Below are positions 35,201-47,800 of a stretch of DNA of 64,000 nt, one piece after another. How positions within the stretch are numbered: the first letter of the stretch is position 1; each line of letters opens with the position of its first letter. Source of the DNA: Zygnema circumcarinatum SAG 698-1b (taxonomy: Eukaryota > Plantae > Zygnematophyceae); the NCBI GenBank assembly GCA_037447605.1, contig CM074812.1, positions 992,001-1,056,000 of the forward strand, read 5' to 3'. The notes under the pieces are model-generated. The model had not been told where the DNA came from. It did no database searches and saw nothing but the letters and a program-made list of their open reading frames with translations. The position numbers and the translations under genes are program-made.

Positions 35201-37670
35201 GCTGAGGGCTTGCGGCGGTCGATGGCGATAAGTGGCGGGTTGCGATTGATAGCGAATGGGACAGCCTGATCGAGAACGGCACGTGGAGATTGGAGGAGCT
35301 GCCTCAAGGGAGGCGAGCTATCGGCTGCAAATGGGTCTTCAAAGTCAAGAGGAAGGCAGACGGAAGCGTGGATAGGTACAAGGCGCGTTTAGTGGCGAAA
35401 GGATACGGCCAGCAGTATGGGATTGACTACATGGAAGGCGTTAAGCTCCGGTGGTAAGTTCAATTCGCCGAAACCTTGATTTCCATTCGCGGCAGGCTGA
35501 AGGGGCTGCGTCATCAATTGGACATCAGGCATTTCCATCGTCTCACGGAAGAGATTTACATGGGAGCGGCCGGAGGGAAGAGTGGGTAAGGAAGAGCACC
35601 TAAAGATGCAGCCGGCGAAGAGCATAAACTGGCGGCAGTGTGATGCAGAAAGATTGGCGATCTTTTGAGGAGGAATAGCTTTGCTGAAGTTTGAACGAAT
35701 CATTAGGTATTACCCGTCAGGAGGGGCGAACATCATGTTACGTTTGGGATCTATGTCGACGATCATGCTTAAGTGAGCCTCTCCCTTGAATGAATCTTTA
35801 GAAGAATTACTACGGGCAAATTTCAAAATGTCGAATCTGGGTAGGCGCATTCTGGTCACAGGCCCGAAGAGAGGCGGATAGGCTTGTTTCTATGTCCAAA
35901 GGAAGTGTGCTTTAGATGACGCGCAGTTTTGGAGACAGAGGAATGCAGGCGTGTTCCGGCCCATGGAAGTCGGCACTAAACTTTCGAAAAAGAATGTACG
36001 CCGTCGGATGGAAGGCACAAAAGATATTCGAGATTACCCACATCTGAATCCGCGGTGGGAGTCATGCGCAGTAGTGGAACGCGTCCGGACTTGGCGGTGA
36101 GCAGCGGCCGGTCATGGAAGAATCCGGGCCTACATTTACAGGGAAGCGGTGAAAGAAGGATTTTTGATATGTGAAGGGGCCTTCGATTACGGAGTCAGTA
36201 TGAGAGGGAGCCAACAGTGGTGGCTATAGGCTGCCAGTGGGGAGAGATGTCGATACGTCGCTTCGACTTCCGGAGTTTTGAATTCCCGAATGAGAGGGAA
36301 GAGATTTACCATTAGGTTTAAGTTGCAGGCTTTCGGTGGCGTTATGTCTCCGACACGATTCATGAGTGCTTGTCATGCCCGAGAGGAGAGTGCTTGGTTC
36401 ATACAGTTCTTTGAAGAATGCAAGAGGATAGCGACCCGATTACTACTGTTACCGACAATCAATGTCGGTGCCCTGGTGGAAACCACAGTGATTTCCACAA
36501 GAGGACCAAGCATTAAGTGCGGTACCATTCACACGTCGAGGGTTGGTGAGAGGAAGCGTTGGTGGTGTAGGCACCAAGGGCTGACGCGAATATGCTAACA
36601 GGGACTAGTGGGAAGCCTGTGCAGTGGCAGGAGGTTGATTGGTGGGCAGCGCCGCTAGAAGTTCGAAAGGGATTTGTTGGTATTTAGCGTGCTTTTGTTG
36701 GAACATTATTAGTTTTGTGTGTTGTATTTGTGTGTTTCCTTGGCTGGTGTAGCGCCTAAGTTAGTAAGCGAATACGGACATTTGAGGTACATTGATGGAA
36801 AGAAGGCGTGGCCTTGTGAGTCGAAGAATATTGGCGCGGCAGCGACGAAATCAGAAATGACGTGTAAAGCGGCAGCGAGCGGAAGTGAAGATATGTGGCT
36901 GGCGGCGAATCTACAGCGAATATTAGGAAGTGGCGTCAACACTGGATTGAGCGGTTGGACTGGCGCGTCGCGGCGTCAAAATATGGCGCGCGTTGCATAC
37001 GGGCGGCGTGGGTGCAGGTGGCGTGCGGCGGCGCGGGAACTGGCGTGTAATCTTGGAAGCGGGGTCGAATCCTCTCTGGCGCCAAAGGCGTGGATTAAGC
37101 AAGAGGCAGGCCGGATCTGGCGGAGGCGTCACGGGATCGTGTGAGCGGCGGGATCCGGCAGCGCCGGGGTGGGGTCCGGAGGAGGTGAGCCCCTTGGGGC
37201 ACTGGAAAATGTTACATGAAACTAATTTTAATATGTAATTAATCCACGGGATGTTGTGACATCGTATATAGATGTGTTGTTTTGTTTGGACATTTATCTT
37301 AACCGGATCACCAAGCGTAGCTATTGTAGACTACGAGAAGCATTGCTCGTGTTGCTTAACACTACTTACTTGTCTTTCTTGGTAGTAGCAAGCTTTGAGT
37401 TTATTGGAGCTGAGAGGGTCTCACCTCAGGTAGCCGAGATTATTAGATCATTGGCCAGGAGTTTTAAGAGCGAAACTTTCTCATCCCTTTTCTCTCTGTT
37501 ATTCGCTGTACGCATATTAAAGAGAGGATTTCTATACATGTGGTAAAATAGGCTATAGTGAATAGCGAGAGTTTGGGAAATGTAAATCACATCGATTGGA
37601 GCAGCGAACTCCGATGGAAGGTGATGCGAGTGGAGAAGCCGGCAGCAGTGGAGGAGTCCCTCCACCAACA
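26226..37670 (+). mobile_element. Ty1/Copia element B as an LTR-internal-LTR-internal-LTR tandem, inserted between gag and protease of Copia A
   Basis: Outer LTRs 26226-27225 and 36675-37670, middle LTR about 31533-32516. TSD TGCGA (26221-26225, 37671-37675). PBS TGGTATCAGAGC at 27228. Two sets of CCHC knuckle, IDSG protease, WHRRLGH, IN, RT and RH motifs (27.2-31.5 kb and 32.5-36.7 kb). Confidence 0.85.
27872..27997. other. N-rich low-confidence segment (also a 10-N gap at 6031-6040)
   Basis: Ambiguous bases in the sequence. Confidence 0.95.
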
Positions 37671-40600
37671 TGCGAATGGAATCCAAGTGCGGGATTATGG
37701 ATTGAGGCCTTGGCTGATTGATTCGGGAGCATCCAAGCATATGTGCGTGGATGAGTCACTTTTCGTGGAGAAGAAGGCATTTGCGGCATACGTTCATTTG
37801 ATACGCCACGGAGATGAGTTGGTGGCGCATAGGGAGGGTCGGTATTTGGAGGTACTCAATGGGGGTGTAGAGTCTTGACCATAGAATGTCTTTGCACCCG
37901 AACCTCTGAGAGAATAACTTTCTTTACGGCAGGTGCGTCTGCGGTTGCAAGGTGTGGTTTGATAGAGTGGCGTCTTGCTTGATGGTTGACGGAATACCGG
38001 GAAGGACCCTATGTAGAGGCATGCAAAAGAATGGCCTTTATTATCTGAATTGGGGTGGGAAGCCGGTGGAGGTGGTCAATTCAGTTGAAGAGGACCCTAA
38101 GCAGGAGACTGCACCTGCACTTGGACACCTTGATTCAGAGAGGGTTTGAAGCTTTGCATGAGAAGTTAACGAGGATTGGATGTGGAAGGTGTAAGGAGAA
38201 GGACATCGGACTTCAGGAAGATTGTAGTCGCAGGAAAAGCCTCCATAGGCTACGCTGGTCAAGTTGAGCCGGTACGAAATCTCTCGAGAGATTGAGCACA
38301 CAGACTTGTGCGTGTGTCCTCGCTAATCTTGGCTGTATTAGGTGGAGTTTCAACCACTGCATCACCTTCTGATGATTGCTCAAGGAAAGTATGGGTGAAA
38401 ACGCTCACCAAGAAACCGGAAGCTTTCCAAGGCCTTCAAGGAGTGGTAGCCTAGTCAGGTGAGAGAGGATGAAACTAAAAACTCTAAGGTCGCATAATGG
38501 TGGAGAGTACACTTCTCACCAGTTTAGAGATTACCCCAAGTCCCTCTGAGGAAACATGAGTTCACTGCCCTTACTCTCTCAAGTAGTTGGAACCTGCTGA
38601 AGGAGGATGAGCAGCTGAGGAGATATGGCAAGGACTATGCTGAATGAGTCGCCATTTCCGCTATCAAGTTTTCGGCCATCGCAGGCGATCACGGGCGCAG
38701 CGTATATTCGAAATGCGCCCTAAGCACTGCTCTTGAAGGATAAAGTTCCGGAGGAAGTGTGGACAGGCAAGAAGCCGACTGTTGAGCACTTTCGAGTTTG
38801 GGGCTCAAAGTGCTTTATTCACGTTCCAAAGCACAAGCAAGCGCAGAAGTTCAGTCCTCGAACTGTGGAAGGATACTTCCTTGGCTACAATGAAGATAGC
38901 CAGACTTACCGGATCTGGAACCCAGTCACAAAGAAGGTGGAAAGGAGTCGTGACATAATTGTGCAAGAATTCCACAAGTATTCAGAGAAGCTGGATGGAG
39001 AGAAGGACGTGAACACGAGAAGGCTTGTGTTTCCATGGGTTCCAAGATTCGTGAAGGGCCGAGAAGCAAAGATTACCACGGCCAGACATTCAAACATAGC
39101 CTGCACCGATGGAAAGCAGCGTCACTAATCCGCTTAGATTTCAGACTGAGGAGGGACCGCTTGGAGGAGGAAGCACCAGGAGGAGGAGCCATCAGCCGAC
39201 TTGCAGGCAGCCAGCAAAGGAGTCAGAGAGAGGCAAGGATTCACTCCAAACTATGAGAACAAGAGTGATCGTCCAAGGAGGCAACCTGGTTGGTTGGCAG
39301 ACTACCACCAACCACCATATTGGAAGGCAAAAAGGACGGCTAGCTGTCATCAGAACACCTTAGTGACTCAAATTTATTCTTGCCGGCATTGCTGCGCGGG
39401 TACGATGGCTCATATTACGTAACCTCGTGGAGTTGGCGCGGAAGCTTTGCGGTGAGGATGCCGTAAAAGTGGAGGGCAAAAGAATAGATAGTGAGCTGAA
39501 TAGTTTGAAAGAAATGGAACCCTCGATTGGAGGAGCCTTTAAGGGTAGGAAGGCTATAGGCTGCAAATGGGTGTTTAAGGTGAAGCTGAAGGCGCATGGG
39601 AGCCGAGAGATCGCCATAAGGCCAGGTCAACAAAAGGGTATAGCCAAAGAGGGCATTGATTATTCAAGAGACTTTTGCACCAGTGGTTAAGTTCACCCTT
39701 AGATCACTAATAGCCTGATTGCAAGAAATGAGAGAATGCATGTCCATCAACTTGATATAAAGACTGCATTCCTCTATGGAGATCTAAGTGAGGAGATTTA
39801 TATGGAGCAGCCGGAAGGCACAGTGGTGGAAGGACAAGAACATCTCGTATGCAGGCTGGTAAAGAGTCTTTACGGCCTCAAGCAAGCACCCCGGATTTGG
39901 TACCAGAAGATAGATGATCTTTTACGAGGAATGGATACAAGCCGTTTGGAGTCAGACCACCTGGCTTACAAAGAAAGGTACCGAAGGAGTCGCTATAATG
40001 CAGCATTTACGGACGATTCATCATTGTAAGTTCCTCCATGCAAAGCATTCAAAGTCTGAAGGATTTGATGAAGGAGAACTTCCAGATGACAGATTTAGGA
40101 GAGGCCCAATATCTGTTGGGAATTCAGCTCAAGAGGGGGCGAGATGGTAGTTTGTTCCTTTGCCAAGAGAAGTACGCTAAGGATGTCTTAGCGAAGTTCA
40201 GAATGGACAAGTGCACTCCATGCACAAGTCCCATGGATATGTCACAGAAGCTTTCAGAATCAATGTCACCCCAGTCTCAAGAGGAGGCAAAGAAAATGGA
40301 GAATGTGCCATACAGATCTGCCGTTGGAAGCCTCATGTACCTGATGATTGGCACGAGGCCAGATCTTGCTAAGGCGTCGGCCAAGCAGCCTAGCAGTGTA
40401 CATGCAGTTCCCTCGGGAGCTGCATTGGGAGGCGGTGAAGAGAATATTCAGGGTTTCTCAAGGACCTGTGACTGCGGGATTGCTTGGAGTGTGGAGTGGA
40501 AGCCGCTGTGCTGGTTATACGGATGCAGATTGGGAGGATGACACCGCAAAGACCACCCCCAGATACGATTTGTGAACAAATGGAGGAGTTGTGACTTGGA

Positions 40601-40980
40601 GCTCGAAGCTTCAAGATTCGTGGCGCTACACCGGGAGGGCGAGTATATGGTAGCTCGGCCATGTACCAAGGAGGCCTGGCTGCAGCAATTCTTCTAAGAG
40701 TGTGAGCGGCCCCAACTCCCTTTGAGGCTGTTAACTGATAACCAGTCTTCTATGACTCTAATGCAGAATCCTGTTTTTCATAAGAGGTCAAAGCATATCA
40801 GGATTCAATATCACTTTGTCCGTGAACTTGTTGTTGAAGGAAGGATAGCTGTGGATTTTGTGCCTACAAAGGATCAAGCAGCTGACATGCTCACTAAGGG
40901 GGTCAATGGGGAGGCGCTGTGGAAGAACAGCATGCTTCTAGGATTGGGGCCTCTTAGGAACTAAGTACCAAGAGGGGGAA

Positions 40981-41647
40981 TGTTAGTGAGTGGTACATAG
41001 TTCATGAAGAGCATGTAGTTGTTTCGGAGTCTAGCTCGCATGCTTGTCTAGGATCTACACATCAGGTGGAGCATGTGGCGCATTCTGATTGGCCGCTGCA
41101 TAGGCGCGGAGCGCTGTGATTGGTCGTGTTACGTGGCGCTCGGAGATGTACGTGATTGTACGGACGGGGAGCTCCAGAAAACTCGCGGCGTTCCTTTTGC
41201 CGGAAAATTATTGGCTTGCAAGGCGCGCAGTGGCGTGACGTGACGGAGAGTGTTCCGGAAGTCACGTCACACTGTGACTAATAAATTACGATGCAAATGA
41301 GCGAGCTGTAACCCTTAGTGCAGGCTGCTAGGTGCAGAGTAGAGGCTTGCCAGTGTGTGGTGAAGCTTTACAGCATAAGGGGGACACTCTTGTAGTGGAG
41401 TAGAGAAGCGCAGGAGGGGCTCTTGTTGTGTTCTTGTACTCCGTTTTGAAGTTAAGAGTTTTCAGCATTTGTGCATTCTCTTATCTTCTGAATCTTCGAT
41501 CTGTTCATTCATTCTTTGCTTGGGGCAGTCTGTGCTTTGTGAGTGTGATTCTGTGTTTCCGCAAGGCTGGCGTCTCCTAGTCCAAGGAGTAGTGGGATGT
41601 CATCCTCGGAGGGATCTTCTACTAGGACCGGAGGCTCCACATCTACA
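40981..41647 (+). repeat. 3' LTR of Copia A (667 bp)
   Basis: Begins TGTTAG directly after the PPT and ends TCTACA before the TSD. TATA-like TAATAAAT at 41279-41286. Confidence 0.85.
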
Positions 41648-44600
41648 CTCTGAAGCTTAATTTGAATGTGAAATTTGGAATTGAGTCTTGCTGATAGGCA
41701 GGTTTGGTAGGGTGGCGGGGCAGACGGCAGCTGCGGTTGAAGCGGTGCAGGAGGGTCCGACGTTCGGGAAGGCCATCTGCGGGCGAACTTGAGGCGGCGG
41801 GGGGATGCGAGGCGATAATAATCGCCACTCCGGGCCAGTATACGCCCGAGGCCTGGAAAGGGGTGAGGATAAATTGATGACTATGATTTTCCCTTTTATT
41901 TTGTTTCTTTGTCACGGCTCCATTTCGCATTTCGCTGCGATTAGAATGCAGGATGCTGTTGGGTTTCGTATTGCACTTTTTTTGTGGTAGTGAGTTGAAT
42001 GGACTATTGTGTTATCTGTGCTGGAATGATAGCTTTTTTATTTTTGAGCGGGTATGGTGAGTTCTAATTTCATGCGCAAGGGGAAGGATGCTTCTTAAAA
42101 ACCATTGAAATTTGCTCTAAATAGATGCATTCATCAGTTTCAATTTGCTCATGATTTTTAAAGCCTACAATTGACTTTCCACCTGGCAATCTTATAAATT
42201 GGTACTTGTCTTTCTGCTGTGGAAATTTCTGGTTGCGATTAATTCTGGTTGCGATTATGATTAGCAATACGAATTGGTTTAATCCCTCCTTTGAGGAGGT
42301 CTTTTGTCGGTGAAGGAGCCTAAGATTGATATGTTCAGTGCAGGTGGTGGAGCCCTTTGCCGAGTATGCTGGAGTGGTTCTGGATGCTTCCAACCCTCTC
42401 ACTGCATGGCCGGCCCTTGACATCGCAGTGGACCAGAACACGACAAGCGCCACTGAAGACCTTCAGAAGGTGCTGCCATCCACCTCAATCTGCTTACTTT
42501 TGTCGAAAAGCATTGGAGTTTGCAGCTTGGTTTTCACACAGAGCTGCTGATACGCTGAAATTCTTCGTTTTGATTAGTTTTACTGCTTGTTCGCATGGGT
42601 TGTTTTGGGTTCTTTGGAAGCTATATGCTCAATTGCAACTGGTAAACGAAGTCGCAAAGAGAAAGGAAGATTTTGGGATTCTTGTAAGGTTCCTTGATTG
42701 AGTTCTCAACTTCGAGATCGACCAAATTCTCAATCCGCACACTGTGAGAGGCTCTCTCTCTCTCACAGGTCCTCCCCAACGCGAAAGTGTACAAGGCTTT
42801 CAACACACTCGGAGCGGAGCTAATGAGCAGACCCACCATCAAGGGAAAGCCCATTCCAATGCTTTTTGCTGGTCCCGGTGACGCTTCTGGAAAGGAACGT
42901 GCAACCGAGGTGGGTTTCTCTCTTTATCCAAAAGCAGTCTCTGGTATGCAATAATGTAATATGAATTCAATGTTATATAATATGATTTATTTGATCATAA
43001 CGTGTCATACGCATGGGTGGGTAGCAATGGAAAAAACTATGCTCTATGATTTTTTCTCAAGGGGGTTTGAAGATTGTGAGTCTTCTAATTCATAACTAAT
43101 TGGAGATAAAACGTCTCAAATTCAGTTTTATTTTACCTTTTGTTGATACAAACGTGTTGGTACTGTGACTTTTTGCGTAACAGGTGATTTCAGCTGTGGG
43201 ATATGAGCCGATCTATGTGGGCCCTGCTCGGTATGCGCGGAATCTGGAGTCCATTGCGGAGCTTTGGATCCACCTGGCGATCAAAGGAGGGTGGAAACGC
43301 GATGGCTTTGCCTTTGACATTCTGAGAGAATAGGGCCTTCTAGAGGGGGAGAGAGGGAGATAGAGCTCTCTCGCAAACTATGAAGGTTAATTCTGACTAG
43401 GCTTCGAAGAATTTCAGCGTTGTAGAAAGTAGTAGTACTGCTGTGGGGAGAAAGGGAGTGCGTGTGATATAGGGCATGGAGAGGGGAGTGTGTGTGTGTG
43501 AGAGAGATAAAGAGAAAATGAGAGAGAGAGAGAGTGTGAGAGTTATGACTCCCTCTCCTCATGCTTTGTAAGCTAAATGTAATCTAGGCTACTTGGTGTG
43601 TTGTTTGTAAATAACAGGATGCAGATAGCTGAAAAGGTGAAAGTCCCCAAAAATGGTTTAATACTTTTTCAAAATTCGCAGTCGTTGGCTTAAAGTATTG
43701 ACTTCGCTTGAAATGCTTGAAGCTTCATATGCTACGAGGAGAGAGCGATCAAATCTGTCACTTCTTTCAGTGAACGAACTTTAACGAGATTAATTCTTGT
43801 TTATAGTAGCGGAAACTAGTTCGTTGAAGATTTGAGTTTTGCTCCTTAACTTTTGAGTAGCAACGACAGCGCTGCGGAGTTAACACTCCCTGCCAAGAAG
43901 GAATTGATTTATTGAAATGGCGTAGTTTCGATTTTTTTGAACGGAAGGACTCACTTCTGAACTTGCCAGCTCTAAATGTTGCATGTGGGCGACGTCTCTG
44001 CAGAGCATATGATAACTGGCAGAGTAATCTACCTCGAACCTTTGAAGCTTGCTCTTCCTTATAACACTTCCACCTCTCAATGGGAAATTCGCGGATAACC
44101 CTTTCATCAATTTGTGAAGTTCGTGAGAGAGGTTAGAAATCTGTGAAAGGATTTTCCGAACGTCACATTCCATGACGTTCAGGTTGAGTTTAAATATTGA
44201 TAGGAAACCTCAACTTACAAACTAGTTGGTACTGTCAATTCCATCGTTTGGAAAATAATAAAAAATCTACCAGTTCCCTCTGTTCGTCTTCTGTACTCGT
44301 TTTGCAGTTTTTGCAAATCTGGATCAAAATTGTCGCAATCTCTGCAGGATGAACGAAGATGCAGTACGGACTTAAGGAGTGCTCACGAGCAGAGCACGAG
44401 GTACTGCTATGTAACCTTGTCGACAGTACACTTGAGTTCCCAAATCTCCCGCGCCTGAACACTCCCTTACTTCCTCCCCTCCCCTCCTCAAAACTGACCC
44501 CAAATTTTAGGGGTGGATGCGCAGGTGGGAAACAACTTCAAACCAGGACTACCTCCAGTTCAGAGCCCCATTTCCAAGAAGAAAAGCTTCACGTTTCTCT

Positions 44601-44809
44601 GCTGAGCCCTTATAACATAACCACGAGCAAACTTTACAAATACTAAACCATACCTCCCTCTCACATAATGAGGCCAACTGCCTGTGGGGGTTGGCACTGC
44701 CCCAGCTTCTCCCTCACTTTGGTGTCTCCTGCAGACATAGGAATGGAGCAGGTCAAACGACGAAATTAGATTCGGAAAATTATGCACCTACAAATTAAAC
44801 CTTCTCTAA

Positions 44810-47800
44810 CTATATAGAAAGCCCTCGACAAGACTTACGATTTAGAAACCTGCCAAGCTGACAAATCCTCCGAGCATCTCCGAGATGACGTTTCCAATAA
44901 ACAAAGACGCTTCCCCCTGGTTCACCATGCCTGCTGCTGCCCTTCGTCTTAACAAGCACTTCTCTCTCTCTTCTCTCCCTATCTGCTAAATAATCACAAG
45001 TCCCTTGATGCATGCCGTCAATGGATCGCAATGTGTCAAGTGCGTCCATTCAGACAGCCCTTAGTTTTGTACCTACCAGGCCAGCTGGAGAAGTCAGGTT
45101 CAATTCCATTCTTGTCGATATCACTATGGGCGGGCGTCACATACTTTCCCACGGTCAAAATTATCCCCGATCCATCACTCAATTCATAGACCGACTGGAT
45201 CAGGCCCTGCAAGAGAAACCACAAAGCAAATGTGAAGAATATGAGGAGAGTGCTGGAAGTAACCCTCCTTTTTGGAAGGCTGCTAGAGCTGATGGGGCAA
45301 TTCTGGGCACTTAGTACACAACAGAGAAGCTCACCCAAAGGATGATTAACACAGAGCTGCTGAAACATCAAGCTTTGAAGTGAAGTTACATGACTCATGC
45401 GCTAATCACAGTACCGTGCTGGATAACCCATATTTGATGAGAGAGGACACGCCGTTTCAGAAAAGAGAGGACTACCTTTCCAAAGGTGCGCCCCCCAATA
45501 AGGACAGCTCGACAATTGTCATGAAGAGCTGCCGCAACCTGTCAAGCACGATGGATGAAGGTCACAGTCGCGAGAATTTTAGCATTCAATATGAGGGTTA
45601 AATTTGTCAAAATGGCCCTTAATGTGAGAGGGACTTCACTTGCCCATAGATTACAAGAATGCACATTCTGAATAAAGAACAAGAAAACGCGGGGTGATAA
45701 GACTGTCACAAGGAGGTCCAGACAGGAAAGCGTACAATTTCACTTGCGCTGGCTGTGCGGCTGTTCACAAGCACCTGCAGGCCAATGAACAAGCAGCCAT
45801 TCAATTTTTCATGACCCCAGGTCTCCAATTGATTACTCTGAGACTCTCATGCCTTCTGCGTCATCCTCGCCAACTGCCTCACAAAGCCCAGGACGACCTG
45901 CCAATTTTGTACAGCCTCTCACTCATATTCCGTTCCTCTGAAGCTCGTAACAGAACCACCATTATGACTGCAGCTGGACTCCTGCTTCCAGCACTACCCT
46001 TGTCTAAGCAACTGAACTGCATCCATGCCCTCCTACTCTGCATCTGCATAAGGTCGCCTATTCTTTTCCAACACGAAGAGAACACAGATCATAGGGAGAT
46101 CAGCACCGCGAGAGGGGCTGTGGTTGCCTCACGCCCTGTAGCCATCACACTGCGTGCCAAAGTAGGATCACGGCCCTCCGTATATATCACCTGCACAAGC
46201 CATGAGTATAACGACATGAAAGAAACTCACTCTCCTACAGGTAAGGAGGGAACTCGACACCGCCAGTTTTGCCATATAGGTACACTTGGCACCTTATCTT
46301 TATTTTACCAGGGAGAACTCGTAAGGGTGCCAAAAAAGAGTTGATCAATGGACGGCTCACCGTGGCACCTTGCTGCAGGAAGAGTCGTGCAATCTCTACT
46401 CCTGCCTGCAATCAGACATGAAATACATGGATGCCGGCTCAGGCTGACTGCTTTGAAGCTTCCGAATTAGATTTTGATGGCTGTCATGCATGCTGAGTAT
46501 TCATGAACACGCTTGAATAATGTAAGACTGTCCACCTCCATAAATTGATTAACCAGCCCTAAGTTCCTTCTCAATGCAACACAGGGATCTGCAGTGCAAA
46601 TGTTGTAGGCAGGGGATAGTTCAGTGCATGTAGTACAATCGATAAAAAAAACAAAGTCCACTACCTCATTCAACAAGTTACTTACAATCTATACAGAGCG
46701 TAATTAAGGGGACAGGTCAATCAACCGAGAGCATAAACTAGCTGGTAGTTACACAATGCTTGGTTCCGTTAGACAAACATTGCCGGTTTTCAAATCGCAT
46801 GCAATTGTGTCGCAAATGCCGAGCACACACGCAACCCAGATTCAATGAACAGCCTTCTGCTCCAGGACCCTATAGTTTTCCCTTGCATTTCTAGGTTACT
46901 AACTTTGTTTGCTCTAAAGGGCAATATCTTCAACCCTAAATCACCCGCAATGCAGATGGATGGGCCTGTTCCAGAATTGCAATTACCTTGAAGACTCGTC
47001 AGGCAGGAATGCACTTTGCCTAAACACAGACGGTGATTACAAACGTCTGCTCCTATGACAGCTACGCTCATAGGTGCTTGTATTGCCGTGTTTGAAAAGA
47101 GATAGATTACTGAAGACTCACATAACTCCAATTCATTCTAAATTTTCGTGCTCACCTGCACCAGGCCTCCTGGATTATCCTGCAGGTCCAGAATGAAGGA
47201 CGTGGCTCCCGCCTCTTGCAGACGTTGCATGGCTGCCCCAAGTGACGATGAGTGAAGCCATGCGATACATCCAAAGAAAGGAGAAGATGAGAATGAAAAA
47301 CTTATTGCTTGTAGTTGTTTCATGCAAAGACTTCAGACCGTGGAAATGGCAATTACTTTGTAGATTTGTGTGTGCATACATGGTCCTTGTCCCACCTACC
47401 AGTAACAAGATCCCGCTTGGCACGGGCGTTAAATTCACGAAGGCGAAGGTATCCAACGGCTTTCTCAGTCTCGCCAGACCCATTTCGATCCAAGCGATAG
47501 TACACCGGCGTTTTCACATCCACTACCCGCTCCACCATAACTTCCTCCACAGGACTACATTGTGAATGGCGGAACTGCACCAATGTGAAGTGCACAGCCA
47601 AAGGCAGGCTCACCATGTTAACTATACGAACTTGTGAAAGCTCTGGTAATAACTGCTTCATTTGCATGATTTCAGAGTACTACTCAAAGCACCTTCTTCA
47701 ATCATTGCTTCATCCAAGACATAAAGCTACTCAACTGTAGGCCAAACTTACTCGGCCAAGGCAGCAATTGACCAGCACATGGCAAACACTAAGATACCAT

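Larger units (their letters stand above)
17405..41647 (+). mobile_element. Ty1/Copia element A (host of the nest) with inverted R-U5 left end
   Basis: TG...CA ends and 5-bp TSD CTCTG (17400-17404, 41648-41652). Gag (FDGHNYKTWRWRM, about 25370; zinc knuckle about 26120), protease (WLIDSGASKHMC, about 37710), IN about 38300-38750, RT about 39540-40400, RNase H about 40720-40960. PPT AGAGGGGGAA 40971-40980. Order is PR-IN-RT-RH. Confidence 0.85.
17160..43333 (+). pseudogene. Second copy of the F420_oxidored-family gene, with 24.2 kb of retrotransposons in intron 1
   Basis: Exon 1 at 17160 (MRIAVIGGTGNAG), remaining exons at about 41720-43333. Exon 2 shows an apparent +1 frameshift leading to TGA, which could be a sequencing error. 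Exons 3-5 look intact. Confidence 0.65.

Noticed and set aside
17405-41647. Interpretation as a Polinton, Ginger or DIRS element because of inverted termini
   Set aside because: The interior is Copia gag-PR-IN-RT-RH with a PBS and PPT. There is no tyrosine recombinase or polB, and the repeat is part of a bona fide LTR.
46790-47131. Possible ctpA exons (FLPDESS, SRRLFIESG)
   Set aside because: Splice phases do not fit. The exon at 46405-46361 (AGVEIARLFLQQGAT) supplies the expected sequence.
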